15,093 nt of DNA from assembly GCA_045105515.1 (NCBI GenBank), contig JBGCDR010000224.1:1-15093 (forward strand), given 5' to 3'. A model generated the notes under the pieces. The model made no database searches. It had not been told where the DNA came from and saw nothing but the letters and a program-made list of their open reading frames with translations. This stretch comes from Oligoflexales bacterium. GTDB taxonomy: Bacteria; Bdellovibrionota_B; Oligoflexia; Oligoflexales; Bog-1112. Each line of letters starts with the position of its first letter. Within the stretch, counting starts at the first letter, position 1. Below are positions 7,831 to 15,093 of the stretch, one piece after another. A program made the translations under genes and the position numbers.

Positions 7831-9120
7831 TCATCCTCTGAACTTTTTTAAATAAGATTGATAACTGTCAAAATCTCCAGTTAAAGCAATCATATAAGCC
7901 TTAAAAGCAGCTCCATATCTGCTTGATTGGGGACTAAAGAGATGATATCCATAGACCCAAGGAACAACCGCTTCAGCTAGTGAAGTTTTAGTAGCTAAGT
8001 CGAGGGATTGCTCACGAATATTTTCCAGCCTTGTATTAAAAGCTAGGAAAGAAGCCCTTAGATTTTTGTTCAATTCGAGCATCGATTGAAAGCCATTTTC
8101 AGTTGCTAAATATTTTGCGAGAACTTGACCATGATCTCTAGCGGTACTTAGCCTTAAGTTTTTTATTCTTTTTCCTATGTATATAGCCAGTAGCGACTCG
8201 TCATCGCCTCCAATATCCTTAGCACCACTTGCGTCATTAGAGTAGATGATACAATTTTCCCCAGCGCTATAGTAGTTAGTAATAAATGGATCAAGCAGGA
8301 TTTGACAAATATTTTTTTTGATATTAAATGATGAATCCATATTATTTGCAAGAAACAAAAAATTGATATTAAAAAACAATTTGATTCCACCTGTTTTTCT
8401 ATGCCTCTGAAAATAGCTGGATTCTGTTTCTGGTGCACCACTAAATTGTTCTGTTAAACCATTTAGAAATGACAAAAACTCTATTGAGACCAATTCAATT
8501 AATGGAGAGGTCTCCTCGGTAATTAATATAGAAAGTTGTTCCCCAAATGAAAAAGATATGGCAGCTAAATCCTTAAATGATGCATATTTATCAGATAGAA
8601 GCGAATTTCTAGTGTAATTTTTATTGCCTGTTAAGCCTGCTTTCCAAGAATTGAAAGCATGATTGTTTAGATTTTTAACCAATCCTCTTCCTGCAATTTT
8701 TCCAAGACTATTCGAATTCATTTTATCTATTAAGGATGTAAGCGCGTCATCATAGATATATGTCCATAGCATGAAATTTGCTATAAACTCTTTCTGCTCA
8801 AGGGATAAGCTGTTAGGTGTAACAGTTTCCGTAAAATTTACGATGAATGTACAGTATTCGGTAACCTTTAATTGAAATTCATTTTCGTCATTTTTCAGGT
8901 CTGTACTATTAAAAAAATTTTCATAATTATCGTAGATAAAGGAAGTACAAGACCGTTCTAAGGCTTCATTTTTAACGATATTGAGGTAATTTTCATAGTT
9001 GGAGAGAAATTTTTCTGATGTAACATCTAAAGCTAAGTTATCATAATATTCTTTATTCTCAGAGTAAGCATCCGGGATCATGATGAAAATAAATGCCAAT
9101 ATATAAAACAATTTAAACAT
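7831..9120 (-). CDS. class I terpene synthase/isoprenoid-synthase fold protein with N-terminal signal peptide
   Basis: Four bacterial terpene cyclase motifs in the correct order: FMLWTYIYD124DALT (DDxxD-like), YFQRH240RKTGG (effector region), YSN295DASGAKD (NSE-like) and W388VYGYHLFSPQSSR401Y (WxxGxxxWxxxxxRY-like). Signal peptide MFKLFYILAFIFIMIPDAYS. RBS AGGA upstream. Confidence 0.8.
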   Translation of the reverse strand: MFKLFYILAFIFIMIPDAYSENKEYYDNLALDVTSEKFLSNYENYLNIVKNEALERSCTSFIYDNYENFFNSTDLKNDENEFQLKVTEYCTFIVNFTETVTPNSLSLEQKEFIANFMLWTYIYDDALTSLIDKMNSNSLGKIAGRGLVKNLNNHAFNSWKAGLTGNKNYTRNSLLSDKYASFKDLAAISFSFGEQLSILITEETSPLIELVSIEFLSFLNGLTEQFSGAPETESSYFQRHRKTGGIKLFFNINFLFLANNMDSSFNIKKNICQILLDPFITNYYSAGENCIIYSNDASGAKDIGGDDESLLAIYIGKRIKNLRLSTARDHGQVLAKYLATENGFQSMLELNKNLRASFLAFNTRLENIREQSLDLATKTSLAEAVVPWVYGYHLFSPQSSRYGAAFKAYMIALTGDFDSYQSYLKKFRG

Positions 9121-10115
9121 TTTGCTAATCCTATTCGTTTGAGAGTAGATGAAGAAATCACCCTTAAATCTAAGGATTATTTAATTCCTTCTTGTAAGAT
9201 TTATGCAACTATATTTGCTATGTAATGTCGTTCGATAGCTGTATCAGAGTTATTAGTCATAATTGCACTCGCCTCGCTTATAACTAGAAGAAAGTTTACT
9301 TATGGTTTTTTTGAAATTCCCTCTTTGAACTAGATAACATAAGGATACCCATTTTTATATACCATTTTTAAACTTAGTTACGCATCTAGAAATAGTTGTA
9401 TGATCGATTGTTTTTGTTTGTATTTTATATCACTTGGTAAAAGAGTTTTAATATCAATCTATTATTTCATGTGTGTTTTCTAATTTTTAAAGTGTCGCCA
9501 TATACCCCAAAATGTCGTAAAAAAATTATGAAATATTTGACATTCTTAAAGTTCCATTCAGTACCCGAAATGAAATCTTTTTTGCAACGATTGATTTGAA
9601 GGACTATTCAGATTTCGGTGAGGTGTCTATTTATCAAACCTTGCTATAAAATAAATTTACTCATTTCCTCCTGGCACTTCTTAGAAAATTTTTCTTTTGA
9701 GGACATTGTAAATTTTTTGTTCTTTCATATTCGCAATAACATTTCAACAATCTCATGATCTATTTTTTTGGGTGCGCACAAGTGGTAATGCTCTGATTTA
9801 ATAAATTGTATTAGTTTATTATGAACTATTTTCTCTTTGTTCGGCTGCATTCTTTAATTATCCAATTACAAGCCAGCTCAAATCAATACCCATTACCTTT
9901 CCTTAGAAGAAAAAATCGAATAAGAAAGACGCTCCAAGAATCTCAGCCTCTGAACTAAGGCAAAGATATAGAAAGAAGAAGTGGAGTCGAGGTTTATCAA
10001 GCCAAGATCATATAAAGATTTGGCGGTGAGTTAGGTGTGACCCCCTATGATAGGATTCATTGTCTGGGAGTTCGTCACGCCGAATTAAGGAAGGAATTGG
10101 AGAGATCGGGATCGT

Positions 10116-10424
10116 GTGAGTATTTTAAGTATCTTAAATTACAAGGTAATGACATTTTTCATAAGCTCGCTGGATAATAAACAGGTGAACAGTTACTTGA
10201 TGAGTGTAGCTGTTGCCAATCATGTAGTTAGCGCGTACAATAATTGGTCTACATGCCTCTACCGAGACTTCCTTATCAAATGCAATGATTCTTTAAAAGT
10301 ATCCCTTGAAGCTCTTCAAAAAACAGATCTAAACTTCGAGATAGCTCAAGACGAACTTGGGGTTGATCTGAAATTTACAGTGAGACCTGAAAAGAAATAC
10401 TGGCTTCTCAGAATCAACCTTTAG
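10116..10424 (+). pseudogene. possible remnant of a decayed gene of unknown function
   Basis: 102-codon ORF with protein-like composition and no recognised motif. The same frame continues upstream to about 9800 through several stops. Confidence 0.3.
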
Positions 10425-10639
10425 CAGGTAGATGAGTCGCAAGAGAAGTCCAAGAATGAGTTGTAGGATGAAGGTTAGAAGATTGGGATGATAAAGTAAT
10501 CTGCCAAAAGTTTGCTGCGACTAAATATGTCTTAAATTTCCGAAGAAATTATGTTCAAAAAGAAACTCTACTACTGTTAATTTCTATAATGTTAGATGGG
10601 ACTAGTAATTTCTGGATTTAGTTAAGTTTCATATTTGTA

Positions 10640-11180
10640 TCAAATTAAATCTTTCTCTAAAACATCAAATGGCTCTGACAAATGAACCGGATGAAATTTT
10701 AGTAAATCATTATATTTTTCCAAGGATAAGTTGTATTTGCATTTAATTGTCTTATTATAGAATACACGCCCAAAAAGTGGAATATTCGAGAAAAATTCAT
10801 CACTGTCATTAAAAGACATATTCGAATTGATAGTTTTTAAACTGATTCCAAACCTCCAACTCCAGTTGTTTCTCGAGTATTTCTTTTTTTGGATTGCTGG
10901 TCTATGCTCCCAGCTCATCTGACCTATATTGGTAGATCCAGATGGGGATACAGCAGTAAAAGACCAATTATTCTTTGATTTTAATTTCCCCCCTTCTATA
11001 GACCATATTTCTGCTGGTGATCCATGCCAAAGAGAAGTTCCCAGGGTTTCGTTAATCAGATCTAAATACACAACACCTTCTTCGCCAATTTTGCAAAATA
11101 CTGTCTTGATATTAGTGTCCTCTGTAACTTCTTTCCTGGGAGTTTTAGCTAATTGTTTCTCAGATAAATGTTTGTAAAAA
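10640..11180 (-). pseudogene. 5'-truncated gene of unknown function, fused in frame to the istA remnant
   Basis: About 180 codons (FYKHLSEKQ...EKDLI*) stay open after IstA-like sequence ends. They do not resemble the IstA C-terminus or IstB (no Walker A) and have no evident start or RBS of their own. Confidence 0.6.
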
Positions 11181-11182
11181 CC

Positions 11183-12351
11183 TGATTGGGCTTTTGTTTT
11201 GGCTTTTGTTAGGTCAAATTGGGCTTGTTGGACTTTTTCTTCTGGGTAGTGACCTGGGGACAATGATTTTTTTCCCTTGCCAGATAGCTTCTGATGAACT
11301 GCTAAATTCTCGGAACTATCATCGAAAACTTCTATGAGGTCTTTGCTAATCCTCACGTTGACCACTTTGCCAATATGTTTATGTGGTATCGAGTAGAAAT
11401 TGTGAATTACTTGGACCGTCGAATCTGGATGGACCTTAGCTTTTTTCCAAGTTTTTATGACATACCTTCCACCTGGCAATTGTAAAAGTTTAGCTTGTTC
11501 TATCTCAAAGCGGTCTGATCTGCTGACGCCATGGTCCTTCATGATTCTAGAGTTAAATCTTGTTAAAAATTCGCTGAACACTCTATTTAAAGTATAAAGA
11601 TCATAAAAAATTCTTTCTCTATATTCCTGATAAAAGCTCCTTTGTATTGCACCTATTGTTGACTCTACGTCTGCCTTATCTCTTGGTTTATGGGTCTTGC
11701 AGGCATGACTGCGAACCCGTCATGATTTGAATAATCACAGTATGTCTTATTGATATCCGGATCATATAGGTGTGCCTTTGTAACTCCGGACTTCAAATTA
11801 TCAATGACTACGTAAGGTGTGGTCCCTCCAAAGAACACCCACATCCGTTGATGAGAGCTAATAAAAGATTCGAGTTTTTGGTTGAGTACGAACTCAGCAA
11901 AAGTATAGCCACTAAATGGTAATACAGAACAAAATAGGTGCGTTTTTGTCAGTTTCCCTGATTTTCTATCTACAACTTTAAGCCCATCGCAATAATCTAT
12001 TTGCACCCTTTCTCCGGCAACATGCTGTGGAGGAATAGTAGGGCTAGCTGGTTTTTTGAAATTACGGCCGATATATCTGCAAAAAGTGGAGTAAGTCGTT
12101 AGTTCCTCGCCGTGTTCGGCGTAGATTTGTTTGAGTGTAACTCCTTTGGCACGCTCTTTTAAAATTGTGTCCCAATTGGCGTAATCCCACCATCTACCCT
12201 TCTGAGTAGGGCTTTTTTCGGCATTTTTTCGAAGTCTTGACCTAACAGTGTTCCTAGCTATGTTGAGGCATTTGGCTATTCCTCTAATGTTATAGCCAAG
12301 CTCCGCTAATTTTAAAATTTGATTATCCATTGCTATACTTAGACCTCTCAT
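11183..12351 (-). pseudogene. istA: IS21-family transposase IstA, frameshifted and 3'-truncated
   Basis: N-terminal HTH (IRGIAKCLNIARNTVR), HVAGERVQID119Y, VVID184NLKSGV and PARP. After a 1-nt frameshift at about 11690 it reads KPRDKADVES (third catalytic Glu), then WKKAKVHPDSTVQVIHNFYSIP (C-terminal beta-barrel). Similarity ends near ...KAKTKAQS. Confidence 0.92.
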
Positions 12352-12353
12352 GG

Positions 12354-12398
12354 CTCTCCCTGATGCTTTTTTTGTACTTAAGCAATTTTAGGGGAGAG
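12354..12398 (-). promoter_or_regulatory. inverted repeat covering the istA ribosome-binding site
   Basis: CTCTCCC(12354-12360)/GGGAGAG(12392-12398) with inner TGCTT/AAGCA arms. On the mRNA the 3' arm is the GGGAGAG purine tract just before the ATG. Confidence 0.55.
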
Positions 12399-12435
12399 TT
12401 TTTTTATTTTCTAATCAGCGGTTTAAGCTAGCATA

Positions 12436-12513
12436 GGTGGGTCAGATCAATGTCCGTAGGGTGGTAACCCATTTGTCCTTTGGGTGGGTCAGTATTGGTG
12501 CAATCGGTCAACA
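12436..12513 (-). repeat. IS21 left end with three tandem transposase-binding repeats
   Basis: GGTGGGTCAG at 12436, GGTGGTAACC at 12460 and GGTGGGTCAG at 12483 (period 24/23 bp). The first two units share TGTCC. The element ends in ...TCAACA at 12513. Confidence 0.85.
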
Positions 12514-12629
12514 TTTTCAAAATCATCATCAGATTTACCAAGAAATAATATATTTCTTGGGATTCAAAATATCTTGCCATAACATATGTTCATTTTGAAC
12601 ATTAATGTATCAAACTTACATTAATTATC

Positions 12630-12656
12630 TAAACTATTATTAATATTTGCCGATAA
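12630..12656 (+). promoter_or_regulatory. sigma-28 (FliA) promoter, perfect consensus
   Basis: TAAA(12630-12633)-N15-GCCGATAA(12649-12656). Confidence 0.8.
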
Positions 12657-12694
12657 CTGTCAAATTATAAGTGCACTATCCAGTAAGGAATGTT

Positions 12695-14230
12695 TTGCAA
12701 GTACTACATCTAATAATAATGATGATTTCAATTGTCGTAGCTTGTAAAGAAAACGATAAAAAAGTGAAATCAGAAGATGTGGAAAAACAAAAAATTGCTA
12801 TAAATCCTTACCCTTCAACAGAAAATCTTGAGTCCATCAAACAAGTATACAATATGGAAAAATCTATTGCAGAAGAAGAATTTAAACAAAATGGTTTTTA
12901 TCTAAGAAATGGCAGCTCGATTAACTCTGTAATTTATTTTCATGCCTATTGGTCAAGGTTTGACCTGAGTGAAGAAAACAAGAATGATTACTTCATAGCA
13001 ATAGACCCAGATAAAATAAGAAATATTTCGCAAGAGGATAAGAATCTTCTTGAGATTTTCTTAATTCATCGCATAGATTTTTATAAGTTAGTTTATAATT
13101 TAGCTCTAGATGAAAAATGGATAGATATTTTGGATTTATTCATTAATGAAGATAAGTATTTGTTTGAAATATTTCTTGCAATTATGACAGGAGCTCCTGG
13201 AACAGATCAAAATCCCATAGCTAAAAACATCAGTCAAACCAAGATTGAGATAGTCGCGGATTATTTTGAAAGCTTTATTCTTGAAATATTTAATTTAGGG
13301 CCAATGGAGACAAATGAAGAATATTTGAACCTTCATATTGTTAATTACAATGGAAGAATGCTTGAGTCGATAGTGTCCAATGCTGGAGCAAACGAAGTTC
13401 TTGCTCAAATGGCAAATGAGCAAATTAAATCCTACGAGACTTTAAAAAGCTCACTACGAGAACATAGTTCATTAAGTAAGGACATATTAGGACTTCCAGC
13501 TTTGTTGGTAGATTGGCTTGCCTATAAAAATTCCCAGGGGAATGTTCGAAGAGCGGGTAACCAACCTTATTTAAGTGAAAATGGTTTAATCATAGGTGAA
13601 TCTAGCAATGGATATTGGACTTTTTTGGAAAATAACAATGCATCAGGGTTGTACCTATCGAGGGCTAGGGGAATAGCTTCGATACTATTTAAGCCACTAA
13701 AAAGATTGTCTTTTAGAAAGGTGTCTTTTAAAAATGCTCCACCAAAATTTAAAGATCCTAAGCCTGTTCATCCTCCCCTTATTCTCAGGGAGTCTTCATC
13801 TCAGGAACTAGCAGCTTTCAAGAATGCTTTGAGGAAAAAAGAAGCTCCGATTAAAACTGTAGAAGGATATACAGAACATCATAAACGTGTTTTAGCTGCT
13901 TACTATGACCAAAAAAAATCTCTTATGATCGACCGAATTGACAAACTACAGTCAGATATTGAAACTTTGACAACTCCGCAAAATAGAAACGCTGTTTTAG
14001 CTAAGGCTCGACAGGTGTCTCGAAATCGTCAAATAAAGTTCGACGAAAAAAATCTACCGAAACTCATAGAAAAATTGGTTAAAAGAAGGCAGGATCGCAT
14101 CACTTCTAGCCGCGCTGAATTCGATCTTTTAGATCGACAATATCGTGAATCTGTTGCAACAGCAGATGTAAATCTCCAGATTTATATAGAGCAGTTTAAC
14201 GCAAGGCAAATATATCAATCAATTCGGTGA
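12695..14230 (+). CDS. hypothetical lipoprotein with basic, coiled-coil-like C-terminal region
   Basis: Long ORF, open from GTG 12671. TTG at 12695 is preferred because AAGGA (12685-12689) lies 5 nt upstream and it yields a 17-aa lipoprotein signal MQVLHLIIMMISIVVA-C followed by a KENDKK tether. Confidence 0.8.
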   Translation: MQVLHLIIMMISIVVACKENDKKVKSEDVEKQKIAINPYPSTENLESIKQVYNMEKSIAEEEFKQNGFYLRNGSSINSVIYFHAYWSRFDLSEENKNDYFIAIDPDKIRNISQEDKNLLEIFLIHRIDFYKLVYNLALDEKWIDILDLFINEDKYLFEIFLAIMTGAPGTDQNPIAKNISQTKIEIVADYFESFILEIFNLGPMETNEEYLNLHIVNYNGRMLESIVSNAGANEVLAQMANEQIKSYETLKSSLREHSSLSKDILGLPALLVDWLAYKNSQGNVRRAGNQPYLSENGLIIGESSNGYWTFLENNNASGLYLSRARGIASILFKPLKRLSFRKVSFKNAPPKFKDPKPVHPPLILRESSSQELAAFKNALRKKEAPIKTVEGYTEHHKRVLAAYYDQKKSLMIDRIDKLQSDIETLTTPQNRNAVLAKARQVSRNRQIKFDEKNLPKLIEKLVKRRQDRITSSRAEFDLLDRQYRESVATADVNLQIYIEQFNARQIYQSIR

Positions 14231-14238
14231 CGACCTCA

Positions 14239-14265
14239 TTTAGCAATTAAATGTTAATTGCTAAA
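14239..14265. terminator. perfect inverted repeat between convergent genes, probable bidirectional terminator
   Basis: TTTAGCAATTAA-ATG-TTAATTGCTAAA with 12-bp arms, starting 9 nt after the 14230 stop. Confidence 0.55.
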
Positions 14266-14367
14266 ATTTTAGAGTTTTTTCAATTAAACGATTAAATTTT
14301 TGAGAATAAACAAAAGCCAATTTCTTAACATGAACAGACTATTTTCCAATGTAACTACATAGGCTGT

Positions 14368-14913
14368 TCAGCTGGAGCTTGGTCTCTTCCAGTTGCGATA
14401 AGAGTGTTTCCAAATGTCGTCAAAGTTAGTATTTCCACTCCTTAGAGCTCGTCGCTTGTTGCTATAAAATTTATCTTTTGATCTCTTCTGACTTCTAGCA
14501 ATTCTTCCGTTCCTAAGTCCATATAAATCGGGATCCCCGCATTGATCCTGGTATGCCCAGTGGTTTAAATTCGCACCCTTAGGCGCTAATGAATTCAAAT
14601 GCTTACGTATTTCTTGGGTGTCGTCAACGCTCGTAGATTCAAATTCTTCTTCAGTGTATTCCTCATCGTTTATATATTCCTCTTCTTCAGTGTATTCCTC
14701 ATCGTTTGTATATTCCTCTTCTTCTGCATAATTCTCTTCATTTAAATACACCTTTTTTTCTCTCTCATCTGCACCATAACGATCGATATAAATCGGTAGA
14801 TCTTTGCTTGGGCCAAGCATTTTTCCAGATGGATCGTCATTATTTTTTGGCTGAGCAATCAATGCGTTTGATATGGATACGAAAAAAAAGAAAGAAATAA
14901 TAAATCTGAACAT
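14368..14913 (-). CDS. hypothetical exported protein with acidic tandem repeats
   Basis: 181-aa ORF, AAGGTG upstream, signal peptide MFRFIISFFFFVSISNALIA, central EEEEY(T/I)NDEEYT repeats and a basic C-terminus. Confidence 0.8.
   Translation of the reverse strand: MFRFIISFFFFVSISNALIAQPKNNDDPSGKMLGPSKDLPIYIDRYGADEREKKVYLNEENYAEEEEYTNDEEYTEEEEYINDEEYTEEEFESTSVDDTQEIRKHLNSLAPKGANLNHWAYQDQCGDPDLYGLRNGRIARSQKRSKDKFYSNKRRALRSGNTNFDDIWKHSYRNWKRPSSS
14645..14724. repeat. 36-bp in-frame tandem repeat, about 2.2 copies
   Basis: TCTTCTTCAGTGTATTCCTCATCGTTT(A/G)TATATTCC at 14645-14680 and 14681-14716 with one mismatch, plus a partial third copy. Confidence 0.95.
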
Positions 14914-14992
14914 CCTAATAGCACCTTTTTAATGGAGAAGTGTTTAAGTAACCTTTTAATGTATAGGAATTTCAATAACTGATTGGCGGGAT

Positions 14993-15019
14993 TTATCGTT
15001 GTAATTTTAAGGGTTTTTA
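14993..15019 (-). promoter_or_regulatory. sigma-28-like promoter for the 181-aa gene
   Basis: Minus strand TAAA(15019-15016)-N15-AACGATAA(15000-14993), about 80 nt upstream of the ATG at 14913. Confidence 0.55.
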
Positions 15020-15093
15020 AATTAAGTATTGCCCGATTATTTTTAGGTTGTCATGAAACTTTTCCTCCGTTTTTGTGATTGCTCTTCCATAAT

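Larger units (their letters stand above)
11183..12513 (-). mobile_element. partial IS21-family insertion sequence (left end plus istA; istB and right end absent)
   Basis: Terminus 5'-TGTTGACC on the minus strand at 12513, three 23-24 bp subterminal repeats, and an istA-like gene. The boundary at 11183 is approximate. Confidence 0.88.

Noticed and set aside
8175..8441. 88-aa minus-strand alternative-frame ORF
   Set aside because: Nested in the terpene-synthase-like gene; no RBS or motif.
9493..9517. TGTCG direct repeat with 20-bp period upstream of the terpene-synthase-like gene
   Set aside because: Only two 5-bp copies; not distinguishable from chance.
9547..9571. TAAAGTT...CCCGAAAT as a sigma-28 promoter (similar case at 10522-10546)
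   Set aside because: The spacer is 13 nt rather than 15 and there is no clear downstream gene.
9801..10500. Stop-codon reassignment as an explanation for in-frame stops
   Set aside because: TAA, TAG and TGA all occur in that frame, and the intact genes in the window read without internal stops under the standard code.
10929..11177. 82-aa plus-strand ORF
   Set aside because: Antisense shadow of the longer minus-strand frame.
11680..11700. Programmed -1 frameshift in istA
   Set aside because: There is no X_XXY_YYZ heptamer (only A_AAC), IstA is normally one ORF, and the element is otherwise broken. A 1-nt deletion or sequencing error is simpler.
12436..12505. GGTGGGTCAG repeats as a mini-CRISPR or iterons
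   Set aside because: Fully explained as IS21 subterminal repeats next to the TG terminus and istA.
14645..14724. 36-bp repeat as a CRISPR array
   Set aside because: Units are contiguous with no spacers, lie in frame within a CDS, and there are no cas genes.
14706..14900. 64-aa plus-strand ORF
   Set aside because: Antisense shadow of the 181-aa gene.

Overview
AT-rich bacterial accessory region, dominated by lone genes with N-terminal signal peptides and by gene decay. Left to right: a frameshifted patatin-like phospholipase remnant (294-553); an exported Cys-based phosphatase with a Siw14/PFA-DSP-type P-loop (942-1742); an exported atypical protein-kinase-like protein that may be a pseudokinase (2253-3572); an exported hypothetical protein; a membrane PAS hybrid histidine kinase (minus strand); a class I terpene-synthase-fold protein that unusually carries a Sec-type signal peptide and has drifted catalytic motifs (7831-9120, minus); a broken IS21-family element (intact left end with three repeats, frameshifted istA fused in frame to an unrelated gene tail, no istB or right end); a 511-519 aa lipoprotein; and a small exported acidic-repeat protein. 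One perfect and two or three near-consensus sigma-28 (FliA) promoters precede non-flagellar genes. This suggests, as inference only, a Bdellovibrionota/Oligoflexia-like motile-phase exported-enzyme regulon. No rRNA, tRNA or CRISPR array was seen. All family calls come from reading motifs by eye, not from database searches.
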